Origin: an uncultured Candidatus Peribacteria bacterium
Lineage (GTDB): Bacteria; Patescibacteriota; Gracilibacteria; BD1-5; JAGOOR01
Direction of reading: 5' to 3'
Assembly: GCA_964413195.1 (NCBI GenBank)
Contig: CAYPRD010000001.1
Span: forward strand, 27,039 to 91,038
DNA: 64,000 bases
Part shown: piece by piece, positions 1 to 11,059 of the stretch
How the letters are laid out: each line of letters begins with the position of its first letter
Position numbering within the stretch: the first letter of the stretch is position 1
Notes under the pieces: generated by a model
Database searches by the model: none
Seen by the model: the letters and a program-made list of their open reading frames with translations, nothing else
What the model was told of the DNA's origin: nothing
Made by a program: the position numbers and the translations under genes

Positions 1-649
1 CAAAGAGATGTGTGCTTGATTCTGTAAGAGGTAAATCAGTAAATGAGGTATTTGGGTGTTTTTCGATACGCTCCATAATGAGAGATCAGGTGCCAAAAAA
101 TGAATCAATTGTTATCCGTTGTTCAGAAAGAACCTCAAGAAAATGACGAAACTTCTCATGCATATGATGGGAAGCGTTTTGTTCTTCAAATGTATTACTC
201 CCAAAGAAACGTATCGTTCTCAGTGAGGAAGCACGAATGGTTGTCATCATATCGGTAAAAAGACTCTCGAGTTGTTCACCTTCATAAATACGAATTTCTG
301 GAAGAGAGAGGTCTTTGCGACTAATAGATTGGAGGAGTTCGAGGGTATTTTTTTTCTGAGATTCTAGGTATTGAACCTCCTGTTTTTTTTCTGTCAAAAG
401 GTTCTCCAATCCAGAAAAATCAGCCACAAAATACACTTTAACGCCCGTTTTTTGAGAGGAAACAATAAGTCATTTTTCCAGTAAAATGCCTAAAATTCTA
501 TAGGTTTTTGTTCGCTCAAATCCAGAACGTGCTGCAAGAATAGAGGCTGGCTGCGTTCCGAGTTCGCAGAGAAGCAAAAAGAGTGCTTGCTCTTCTTCTT
601 GTATACCGAGTGAAAAAAGGTATTTTTGTATTTTTTCTTGAATTTTCAT
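1..649 (-). CDS. TrmB-family winged-helix transcriptional regulator (C-terminal end runs off the window)
   Basis: ORFs 470-661 and 86-436 share a frame and are joined by in-frame TGA (470-472, 86-88). The frame stays open to position 1. The N-terminus MKIQEKIQKYLFSLGIQEEEQALFLLLCELGTQPASILAARSGFERTKTYRIL is a TrmB-type HTH. First ATG at 649. Confidence 0.6.
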
Positions 650-748
650 CGTTTTGTGCAAAAAAATGCACAGTAAATTTTATCTATAAATAGATAAAAA
701 TCAATATATTGTTTTTTATATTTTGACATATTTTATTTTTCTAGAAGA

Positions 749-2512
749 ATGGCTATGAAATTAAAAATGAAAAAAAATTGCCCCATTTCCAAAAAAAGCT
801 TTCTTATAACAGAAAATGAAAAAAAATTTATCGACCAAATTTCTCCTCAATTTTGTGGAAAAAAGTACCTCTTCCCTTTTCCAGAAATTTGCCCAGAAGA
901 AAGAGTCCGTATGCGTGTGCTTCATCGTAACGAACAGTATCTTTACAAGAATTCCTCAGCATTCACAGGAAAGCCACTCATATCACTCTATCGTCCTCAT
1001 ACGTGAATCAAAGTAGTCACACGCGAAGAGTGGTTTTCAGACACATGGGATGCTATCGAGTACGGAAAAGAATACACTCATGAGCAAGCATTTTTTCAAC
1101 AGTTCTCCACACTGCAAAAATCCATACCACGGGCCGCAACAGTAACAGTCAACAATGAAAATTCCGACTACACAACCGGGACCTGATACTGCAAAAATTG
1201 TTACCTCATTAACTCCTCTGAATACTGTGAAGATTGTTATTATTCAAAATTATTACAAAAGTGTAGGAATTGTATTGATACAAGCTATGCATTTGACTCA
1301 GAATATCTCTATGAATGCTTTAACTGTGAGAAATGCTTTCATTGCGAATACTGTATCAATACAACAAATAGTTCTGATTGTTTTTATTGTAAAAATTGTA
1401 TCGGTTGTCAGAATTGTTTTGGGAGCATAAATTTGAAAAATAAATCCTATTACTTCATGAATGAAAAATGTTCTCCTGAAGAGTACAAAAAGAAAATCCA
1501 ATCACTCTGACTATCAGACATAAAACAACGATCCCTCATCTGGTCTCGTTTCCGGGATTTTTTCAGAACTCAACCACACAAATACGCCAATATAACAAAC
1601 TCTGAGAATTGTACTGGGGATTTTATCATCAACTCTCGTAACTGCGAAGAATGCTATGATATCTCAGATTCGGATGCGTGTCAGTATGTACAGGTATGAG
1701 TAAAATGCCGATCACTTATCGATTGCTCAAATATGTACGTTAATCCAGAATTTTGTTATCAAACACTCGGAACTATAGAAGTGCACAACTGCCATTTTTG
1801 CCTCTATGTTTTTCATAGTCGAGATCTCCTCTATTGTGAACAATGTTTTTCTTGTAAAAGTTGCTTTTGATGTGTCGGGTTAAGAAATAAAGAATATTGC
1901 ATCCTCAATAAACAATATAAAAAGGAGGAATACGAGAAAAAAGTCATTGAAATAATTACCGATATGCAAAAAACCCATGAATGGGGTGTGTTTTTCCCAG
2001 CATGGATGTCACCCTTTGCATACAACGAATCGCTTGCGCAGGATTATTTTCCTCTTACATCAGAAAAAAATGAAGAAATAGGTGGAATTCCTGGAATATA
2101 TACCCGTACAGAAAATGGTCAGACTTATTTTTGGTACGAGAAAGAAAATTCTGAATTTGAGTGAACATGGTATGAGCCACTCCCCATCGATCAATATGAC
2201 GAAAAAAAAGTTGGTTACGATAGGGCTGCAAAAAATATACAAAACTGCCTCAGTGGAGTACTACGGTGCCAAGAAAGTGGGAGGCCATTTAAGATTATTC
2301 GACAAGAACTTGCCTTCTATATACAGCACTCGCTCCCCCTCCCTATTTTATGTCCAGATGCTCGGCATGCTCATCGTATGAAACTGAGAAATCCCAGGAA
2401 ACTTTACCCGGGCACGTGTGCAAAAACGGGAGAAAATCTACTTACCTCATATCCTCCAGGAAGTCCGGAAGTACTCTATAGTGAAAGGGCATTTCAGGAT
2501 TTACTAGAATAA
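749..2512 (+). CDS. cysteine-rich repeat protein, paralog A (587 aa in table 25; function unknown)
   Basis: The frame of ORF 749-1006 reads through 6 in-frame TGA to TAA at 2510-2512 and absorbs ORF 1964-2164. About 39 Cys lie in CxxC strings (YCKNCYLINSSEYCEDC, ECFNCEKCFHCEYC, DCFYCKNCIGCQNCFG), in two internally duplicated halves. A motif F.I...EL.FY....P.P..CP..R...R..RNP occurs near both termini. Paralog of 30723-32426. Confidence 0.7.
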
Positions 2513-2513
2513 T

Positions 2514-3311
2514 TTAGGAAAGATCGTAATGAGCTTCTTTCCCGAGGACTTTCGTAACAGAATTAACCTTTGGATCGTAATAGCTGATGAGGAGCTCAAT
2601 AAGTTCATCTTTGTTTAAGACTTGAGAACGAAGACCTACAAAATCTAGGCTTCATTTAATCATTCAGGCTTTTTCTGTGCAACGTTTTTTGAGATAATCA
2701 ACACGAGCAATGTTCCTACGAACTTCATCAGAAGTAACTGTTTGACTAATTCATCCAAAAAAACTTTTTACTATCTGAAACATGCTACGGGGAGACACAC
2801 TCTGATCATTAGTCTCATCATGAGGAATAATAATATAGAACTCTTTTTTCATGATCTGCGCGACATTTACGAGGTTCGTCAGAAACTCAATATATCGTTC
2901 CGACTGGTCTCGAAGAAGAGGATTTTTCTGTCCCGCAGTGAGTGCCTTCAGTCTATTGAGGTATCACTCAATATCGACCTTTAGAGACCGGATCAATATC
3001 TGTATTGGGAATTGTAGGGCATTGAGAAAATGCTGGAAAGAATAAATAATAGAATCCTGCTCTTCTTCTGATTTGAGGAGAAAATTCACCGCTTCCACCC
3101 GCAAAACAATTCTTGCTGAACCATCTTTCATGATAACAATATTGTCACGTACTTCAGAAAAAGGAAGATATCGCTGGGTGGAATCATCCTCATGAGTGAC
3201 ACGATCGGGTCTGACGGATTTCAGGGTAGTATCCGGCGAACTCTTTGAAACAGCATCAGTAATCTGAGTAGTTTTTTTATTGTTAAGAATCTTTGAGAAA
3301 GGATTTTTCAT
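2514..3311 (-). CDS. VirB4/TraC-like N-terminal domain protein, no ATPase domain (265 aa)
   Basis: ORF 2964-3311 extends through 4 in-frame TGA to TAA at 2514-2516. The segment RYLPFSEVRDNIVIMKDGSARIVLRVEAVNFLLKSEEEQDSIIYSFQHFLNALQFPIQILIRSLKVDIE resembles, from memory, the N-terminal region of CPR/Gram-positive VirB4-like proteins. No Walker A follows. It starts 1 nt after the PrgI-like gene stop. Confidence 0.5.
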
Positions 3312-3312
3312 A

Positions 3313-3732
3313 CTATATCTTTTTTAGATTTTCTTGGAGTTTCTTAGTGTCTTTTTTTCGTTTTTTCTCGGTTTCCACACTCTCATCAGAACGAACATAT
3401 CCAATTTTGAGAGCCGAAAAGCTGTCTACACCCCTTACCCAGACTCTTCCGGTATTGTTGGATCAGTTACCATTGATTTTATACCGAGCTAAATTTAGAA
3501 GGAATGGGAGAAACGTCATCTCATGAGTACGAAATCTTGCTACTACGAAAAATACCCCTACTATCAGCACACACACAATAAAAAGAGGAGTATTTGGGAC
3601 AGTTCATTGAAATTTATTGAAAATACCAAACGCCAGAATCAGTCCTACTATAATAATCCCCATTTGACGCAAACTAAGGTCAAAAATAATGGTATCTTCG
3701 TTCTCAATTTGTATAGGAATCTTGTACTGCAT
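3313..3732 (-). CDS. PrgI-family (VirB3-like) small membrane protein
   Basis: ATG at 3732 runs to TAG at 3313-3315 with two in-frame TGA, so it is missing from the standard-code track. MQYKIPIQIENEDTIIFDLSLRQMGIIIVGLILAFGIF matches the PrgI N-terminal pattern (Q.P..IE.EDkI.g.LsLRQ followed by two TM helices). Confidence 0.55.
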
Positions 3733-3752
3733 GGAATAATTCTGCCATAGAT

Positions 3753-4925
3753 TTGCAAAAAAAGCAAAGATTGTATGATCTTTTTATGCCAAAAACCCTC
3801 GTTCTTCATGACACTTTCCTCTACCGGGGAGGTGGAGAACGTCTTGTACTTATGATCGCCAATGCACTGGAGGCAGATATCGCTTCCGGATTTTTCAGTT
3901 CTGGAAGCTACAATCTCCGTGATCAGGGCTTCAAATGAGCCATGATATCGCTTATGCCAACATTTTTTTTGCACGAATTTCTTTGGATGCCCAAAAAAAT
4001 GGCTTTTATATGCAAAAATGGTCTTAGGCATTTTGGATTAAAATGGGCTTTTTCCGTAAATGCAAAAAAATTAGCACAAAATTACGATACCATCATTCTG
4101 AGCGGTGATTGTCTCTCCTCAATAAAACATTTTAGAGGGAAAAACATCATATATTATTGTCATACCATCCCCCGATATCTTTTTGATCAAAGAGAACAAT
4201 ATGAGAAAAAAGTTCCAAGAATTATACTCCCCCTCTACCAATGGTTAACATCTGTTTTCCGAAAAGAATATCTCAAAAATTTATGACTCATACAACGCCT
4301 TATCACGAACTCAAAAAACACACAAAAACGAATAAAAACCTATACACATCAGGATGCCCAGATACTCTATCCTCCCGTTGATACAAGTTTCTTTTCCTCT
4401 CCAGAGAAAACAATTCAAAAAAACTACTTCCTATCATTTGCACGGCTTTCATCTATCAAACGAGTTGATCGAATTGTCACAGCTTTTCAAAAAATGCCCC
4501 ACGAACAGCTCATTATCACTTACTGAGAAAATGACCCAGAAAAAACAACCATCGAAGCCATGACCAGATGATATAAAAATATTACCATGCGAAAGTCTCC
4601 TACAGACCAAGAATTACGTGATCTCATACGCGGAGCTCTTGCCACTATTTATGTACCCGTGGATGAAGATTTTGGCATGAGTCCAGTAGAATCTATGGCC
4701 TGCTGAACACCTGTGATAGGAGTAAACGAGGGTGGCCTACGTGAAAGTATCATGGATGGAAAAACAGGCATACTCATCGATCCTCGTTGTTTGCCAGAGG
4801 ATATACAAAATGCCGTTCAGAGGATTCAAACAGTCTGAAATATGTCTCCGGATTGTATAAAAAGAAGTTATGATTTTAGTCTCCAAAAATTTGAACAAGA
4901 ACTCAAAAAATTACTTCAAAACTAA
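3753..4925 (+). CDS. glycosyltransferase, GT4-like (GT-B fold)
   Basis: ORFs 3753-3938 and 3942-4286 plus the downstream same frame are joined by TGA and end at TAA 4923-4925. GT4 C-terminal motif [31 protein letters not shown], with that G encoded by TGA. Also LIITY-G-ENDPE. Confidence 0.8.
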
Positions 4926-6094
4926 AATCGATCTCGATAAAACATAAACCATGCAAGACCTATCCCACTCCCCAAAGAGGCTGACCAGAGTGGTGAAATA
5001 TGCTGGCCTATCATCCACGCCCCTAATAATGGTCCTAAAATGGCGGTGAGGCTTCCAAGCGAACTAAAATACCCCGTCACCTCTCCTCGCCTCTGAGGAT
5101 CAACATGCTGCATTCCTTCAGATTGCATCACTGGCCACATAGCCACCGTAAAAAATACCATACAAATTTCTGCCAGAAGCCAGATGGAGATCCTTGGAGA
5201 CAGTGATTGATCATAGAAGGCAACAAGGGTAAAAAGGAGTACAGAAACAGTCAGGCTTATGCTCAAAATTTGTCATGGACGAAATCTTTTGAGCCAAAAA
5301 TGATTAAGGAGATATCCCTGACAAAATGCCATAAACAAACCAACCAAAGCAAGCACATATCCTATATGTGTTTCACGAAGATGGTAAAATGCGTCCATAT
5401 AAAGACCAAAAGAATGGCGGTACACACCCGCTCCAAGGCCAATAATAAAAAAGAGCCAAAGATACATAGCTATGTTTGTCTGAAGGAGAGCACGAAAGAC
5501 AGCAAATTTTTCGATCTTATGAGTAGCAGAACGATTTGTGTGCGTTTCCTGAAGAGTAAAAAAAATAAAGAAAGCATTAATAACAGAAAACATTCAGGCT
5601 GCTAAAAATGGAACTGGAAAACCAAAACGAAATAGAAATCCCCCCAACAATGGTCCTACAACCATTGCCATACCAAACATCATCCCGAATACACCATAAT
5701 ATTTCGCTCGTTCTTTTGTATCTCGTGAAATATCAGAAAGTATTGCTTGGGCAATCGTGATATTTCAGGCAGTAATTCCATCAATAAATCGTCCTGCAAT
5801 AACCCACCAAATATTGGGTGCAAAAGCCGTCATAATCCAACCAATAGCTGAACCAACCACGCTCCAAAAAAGTATATTTTTTCTTCAAAATCTATCCGAA
5901 AGTCTCCCAAGATATGGTGCTGAAATAAAGCTACAGAGCGCATACACGGCCCCCACAACACCTACCATCATCGTTGAAACTCAGAACCGATCCATAAATG
6001 ATGGGAGAATGGGGAAAATAATCGTGAGACCGATGAGATCGAGCGCAATAGTGAGAAAAATCGCACGTTTCGGGTTTGTTATATTTTTTTTCAT
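4922..6094 (-). CDS. MFS transporter (DHA1/TetA-like)
   Basis: ORFs 4922-5266 and 5273-5593 plus the upstream same frame reach ATG 6094. MFS motif A is GRLSDRF-G-RKNIL with that G encoded by TGA. Also FIDGITA-G-N. About 12 hydrophobic segments. TAG stop at 4922-4924. Confidence 0.85.
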
Positions 6095-6138
6095 ACGCAG
6101 TATTCTACTCGTAAGCATTTTTTACCCAAAACTATATT

Positions 6139-6157
6139 AATGCAATAAAGTTGCATT
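6139..6157. promoter_or_regulatory. candidate Zur/Fur-box operator (perfect 7-5-7 inverted repeat) overlapping a promoter
   Basis: AATGCAA-TAAAG-TTGCATT lies in the divergent intergenic region between the MFS gene and zur-znuACB. The right arm forms TTGCAT (6151-6156), 15 nt upstream of TATAAT (6172-6177). Confidence 0.4.
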
Positions 6158-6184
6158 TACGATTTCGTCATTATAATTCGCACT

Positions 6185-6532
6185 ATGCGCCATACAAAAA
6201 CACGAGAAGATATACTGCAATTTTTGGAAGAAAATAAAGGCTCTTTTACTCCATATGAACTCGCAGATCTTACAAAAATAAATCCTGTAACTGTCTATAG
6301 GGTTTTAGAATTCCTCCGAACAAAATGACTGGTACACCATATTCCTTCTCTCGGAAAATGGACAGCGTGTCACTCGCATGATAAGAATACAGATCATGGA
6401 TTTTTAATTTGCAAAAAATGTCATTCTGTAGAAGAATTCGTTTTACCTCATCAATGCATACATCCTAAGGATTTCAAGTGTGAAGAACACATAACAGAGG
6501 TCTTTGGTGTGTGCAAAAATTGTCTCTCATAA
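6185..6532 (+). CDS. zur: Fur-family metalloregulator (Zur-like)
   Basis: MRHTKTREDILQFLEENKGSFTPYELADLTKINPVTVYRVLEFLRTK-G-LVHHI, then CHSHD...CKKCHSVEEF...CKNC metal sites. One in-frame TGA. Sits directly upstream of znuACB. Confidence 0.75.
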
Positions 6533-6536
6533 TTTT

Positions 6537-7454
6537 ATGAAAAAAATCTTCTCTACTATCTTTATTGGACTTCTGATATCTAGTTGCACCTTTTCACAAG
6601 AAAATAGAGATACTCAAAAAATACAAGTTTCTGCTTCTTTTTACCCGATATATTTCATCGCAAAATCTATTGGTGGCGATCAAGCAAGGGTGGTCAATAT
6701 AACTCCTATTGGAGTTGAACCCCACGAATATGAACCCAGTATTCAATCCAAAAAAAACATATTCGAAAGTCAGCTTTTTTTGATAAATGGTATTATGGAA
6801 CCCTGGGGAGAAAAGCTCATTCCAGAGATTAAAAAAAGAAATGTTACAGTTATAAAATTAATAGACAATATACCCAAAATTGAAGCAGGAAAAAACAATC
6901 ACTCTGAAGATCATAATCAAGAATATAGCTACGATCCTCACATTTGGCTATCCCCAAAAACAGTCCTCATTATGATAGACAGTGTGCTTGCTGGTTTTAA
7001 AATATCTGATCCAAATAATACTCCTTATTATGAATCAAACACAGAAAAATTAAAAAATGAAATACAAAAATTGGACATACAATTCCAAGAAAAGCTTGCC
7101 ACATGCCGTCTACGAGATATCGTAACTTCTCATGCTGCATTCGGATATCTTGCTCGAGATTACGGCCTCCGTCAAATCCCGATTGCCGGACTATCACCAG
7201 AAATGGAACCTTCCGCAATTGATATTGCCCATATAGTAAAAATAGTGAGAGAAAAGTCGATACCGGTGATATTTACTGAAAAACTCATCTCTCCTCGATT
7301 CGCCGAAACAATTACACGAGAGACCGGGACGCGCACTCTCACCCTCAATGCTCTCGAATGACTTACGAAAGAAGAAATAGATGCTGGAAAAGATTTCATC
7401 AGCATCATGCAAGAGAACCTCTTACATCTCTCTCAAGGACTTTTATGCCAATAA
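6537..7454 (+). CDS. znuA: metal (Zn/Mn) ABC transporter substrate-binding lipoprotein, ZnuA/TroA family
   Basis: ORF 6504-7361 with an in-frame ATG at 6537. Lipobox LLISSC. DPHIWLSP motif. Continues through TGA 7359-7361 to TAA 7452-7454. Confidence 0.85.
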
Positions 7455-8110
7455 ACGAAAAACAATTACTCGTCCAGCTCAAAAACATTTCCTTCTGATA
7501 TACTCCAGGAGAATATATACTCAAAAATATAAACCTTGATATATACACACGTGAGACTCTCATAATTACATGACCAAATGGAAGTGGGAAAACAACGCTC
7601 ATAAAGATATTGTGTGGATTATTGCCACCAAGTTCGGGAAGTGTTTCTTGGACACAAAAAAGAGCAACAGGCCTCATAGGATATGTCGGACAAGATGCTT
7701 CTCATTTCACCAATACCATACCCCTCTCCGTGTATGAATTCGTATCTTACAGTTCTATGGCTCACAGGAATGATCACCACATCCATAATGATTGTTGTTA
7801 CGACACGGTAGAGTACGCTTTACAGCATGTCGGTCTCGAAGATCTCAGAGAAACAGATATTCGTAAACTTTCCTGATGACAGAAGCAACGTCTCTGCATC
7901 GCTCGAGCACTTGTAGGTGATCCCAAAATACTCATCATGGACGAACCTCTCAATTGAGTAGATCAGAAAACACAAGAAAATATACTCGACCTTCTCCAAC
8001 ACCTGAACGCAGTTCATAATTTGAGCATTATCACGGTCTCTCATGATGTGTGATTATTGAAAAGGTTTTCAAGGCACATGGCCCTCTTATCTGAAACTAT
8101 TAATTCATAA
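7445..8110 (+). CDS. znuC: metal ABC transporter ATP-binding protein
   Basis: Walker A is IIT-G-PNGSGKTTL (TGA 7571-7573). The ABC signature LSGGQKQR is encoded CTT TCC TGA TGA CAG (7868-7882). Walker B is ILIMDEPLN-G-VD. The start overlaps the znuA end by 10 nt. Confidence 0.9.
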
Positions 8111-8115
8111 AAAAT

Positions 8116-8931
8116 ATGTCTGAATTACTCTGACTTTTTAGCTATGATTTCTTCCTCAAAGCTCTTTGAGCCGGAATCTTAGTTTGAATCCTGTGCCCTC
8201 TCATTGGCGTATTAGTTGTTTTGAAGCGATATTCCATGATTGCTGATACACTGGGACATATATCACTTATGTGAATTGCCCTGGGTTTATTTCTTTGAAT
8301 ACATCCCATGGTCACGACAGCAAGCTACTCAATGATTTCAGCCGTCGCTATAGAAAAAATACGCTGAAAGAAAAAACTCCCTGATGATACAACACTTGCA
8401 ATATTTTTATCAGGAAATTTGGCAGGCGCCATTCTGCTGCTTTCTCTCTCAAATTCCTTCACTGTAAATTTACATAGTTATTTATTCGGAAGTATTCTCA
8501 CGGTTCATTGGCACGATATTTTTGTACTTATTATGCTCTTATATGGTGTAATTCTTTTGGGGATAAAATATGGAAAGTACATTTTGAGTGCAGCTATAGA
8601 CCCGGAGAATGCCAATGTACAAGGGATACATGTAGGACTTATAAATTATCTTTCCATAGTAATAATTTCTCTCGTTATCACTGCATCTCTGCTTATAGGC
8701 GGCATATTGCTCGCAAGTGCTCTACTGGTAATCCCCGTACTTTGAGCCATACAAATCGCAAAAAATCTTTCGCAAACTTATATATATTCTATTGGTATTA
8801 GTGTATTAAGCACCGTATCAGGAATTATATTATCAGCAACAATGAATTTATCACCGAGCGCAATAACCACTCTCATACTTGTAGCTATTTTCATTACTAC
8901 AAAATTTTTGAAAAAATATATTCAGGCTTAA
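8116..8931 (+). CDS. znuB: metal ABC transporter permease
   Basis: ORF 8419-8745 is extended on both sides through TGA. The protein is hydrophobic throughout (LCPLIGVLVVLKRYSMIADTLGHISLM-G-IALG). TAA at 8929-8931. Confidence 0.85.
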
Positions 8932-9590
8932 AATTTCTGCTCAATATTGATAACCTGCTTATTCGATGGACGGTACAAGACGTTCATATCTTTAAACTCA
9001 AACACGAGGTCATCTTGCGCTACGTTCGAGAAGAAGATAGGATTTAATTTTTTTGAATCATCCACACTACTTACCGGAGAAACATTTTGCAGTACATCGC
9101 CATCCCGAAAAATAATAACCTGAGAAAGGGTCTCAATTCATTCTACTATCTGGGGGTTTAGGGCGACTCCAGCAGCCACACTAATACGCTGGGGAGAAAG
9201 AGTTTGTTCTTGGTACGTACTGGTCGTATCTAGTTTTTGAAATCTTCGAGCATAAATATACCCTGCCAAAACAACAAAAGCCACAATAAAGACGGCTAAA
9301 ATAGTCGTGAACATCGTGGTATCAACATCAGGAGAATTTGAACGAGCAACTTCCTCTTTGAGAGGAACCTTTTGAAAATGAGAAACGGAGGATTTTTTTA
9401 CCGCTTTACGAGGACGGGAATTTTTCTTCGAAGAAGAAGATTTTTTAGAAACAGGACTCTTTACAGGTGCGGGAGGGGTCTTTTTTGCTACTGGAGATAC
9501 ACTCTTCTTTTTTGATGGAACAGATGTTTTTTTTACAGTCTTTTTGGCAGTAGTTTTATTACTTGGTTTTTTCTGAGCGGAAGCGACCAT
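8928..9590 (-). CDS. membrane-anchored protein with a Lys/Ser/Pro-rich histone-H1-like N-terminal tail
   Basis: ORF 9138-9620 (ATG at 9590) extends through TGA 9138-9140 to TAA 8928-8930. About 85 aa of AKKTVKKTSVPSKKKSVSPVAKKTPPAPVKSPVSKK-type low complexity, then one TM (FTTILAVFIVAFVVLAGYIY), then a domain of about 100 aa. Lies directly downstream of the pilB-like gene. Confidence 0.55.
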
Positions 9591-9713
9591 AAAAAGGGTA
9601 GAAAATGAATAATGTTTCAAAGATACTCAGAAAATATTTTTTTCAAAGTCTAAAAAAATAAATACAGGTGACAAAAAAATATTTTTTTATATAAAATGTT
9701 TTATAAATATCTT

Positions 9714-11003
9714 TTATAAAATACCATTTTTCTGACATTCTTCAGTCGTGGTCATACCAAGAAGTACTTTTGCCTGAGCATCTTGCTCAAGAGTAATATA
9801 ATAATCCTTTCTTGTTTTTCGGAGTATATCGGTGTGCGTAGCACCGAGTCGTATAGCGTCGCGAATTTCATCTGTTATACGGAAAACTTCATAAATTCCT
9901 ATACGTCAGCTATACCCAGTAAATCAACACGCCTCACATCATTTTCCCTTCTGTGGAAAACTCTCATGGGAACCATAGAGCTCAAGAAGTTCCTTGTCTT
10001 TTTCGGAAAAACTATACGCATGGGGTTGTCAACATTTATGGCAAATTCTACGAACAAGTCTTTGCGAGATAATGAGATCAAGAGACGCTGCGACATCAAA
10101 AGCAGAGACACCCATATTTTCAAGACGTTCCAGTGTTTCGAGCGCACTTTTTGTATGGAGCGTAGAGAGAACAAGATGTCCTGTCAAAGACGCCTGTATA
10201 GCCGTACGAGCCGTATCAAGATCACGAATTTCACCTATCATAATGACATCTGGATCATGCCGAAGTACCGAACGAACTCCGAGTGAAAACGTATATCCCT
10301 GTCGTTCATTTATCTCAGACTGCAGGATTCCTGGAATTTGATATTCGATAGGATCCTCGAGAGTAATAATTTTGTCTTCAGGGTTTCTAAGAGTATCGAT
10401 GAGAGTATAGAGCGTGGTGGTTTTACCAGATCCAGTTGGACCAGTAACCAATATCATTCATTGTTTTTTCTGAACTGAGCTGAGTATCAGAGATTTTTGG
10501 GTACCAATGATTCCTAAACTATCCAGTGTCATAACTGTCTGAGATAAATCAAGGATACGGCAAACAATACTCTCTCCATATCTGGTTGGCATGACAGAAA
10601 CACGTACATCTATTTCTGCCTCATGACCATCCCTTCAAAAACGAAATTTCCCATCCTGCGGAACATCGTGAATGTTGAGTTTGAGATTTGATCGGTATTT
10701 CATCCGCTCGACTATGGCGGCATGATCATGACTACTGAGACTTCCAACAGACTCAAGTGATCCATCGATACGAAAACGTATTTGAGAATCATTTTCATGA
10801 AGCTCAAGATGGATATCAGATGCGTGGAGCTCTATCGCTCAGCGAACCAGTGCTCATAGTGCTATATCAGAGTCCTGACGATCGAGCGCTACTTCAATTT
10901 CATCCAAAATATGCCGAAACTCTGGTCTATGCAAATCACCAACAGTTTTTTGTTTATGGAGGATGTTTTCTAGATTTTTTATGTTCTCTAAAACTTGATT
11001 CAT
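9714..11003 (-). CDS. pilB: type II/IV secretion ATPase, PilB/GspE family (short form, 429 aa)
   Basis: ORF 10029-10457 (ILVTGPTGSGKTTTLY Walker A, RHDPDVIMIGEIRD) is extended through TGA. C-terminal zinc motif G-CEAC-G-FTGYS-G-RIGIYEV has three TGA glycines. ATG at 11003, TAA at 9714-9716. Confidence 0.85.
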
Positions 11004-11059
11004 ACCGACAGCTTACATGATTTTTTATTAATTTGCAAAAATAGGTATACTTTTCAGGC

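Noticed and set aside
3648-4031. 127-aa minus-strand ORF spanning the PrgI-like start and the glycosyltransferase 5' end
   Set aside because: Its frame differs from the PrgI-like gene, it overlaps the well-supported GT4 gene antisense, and it has no motifs.
5757-6140. 127-aa plus-strand ORF
   Set aside because: Antisense shadow of the MFS transporter gene, which has motif A and 12 TM segments on the minus strand.
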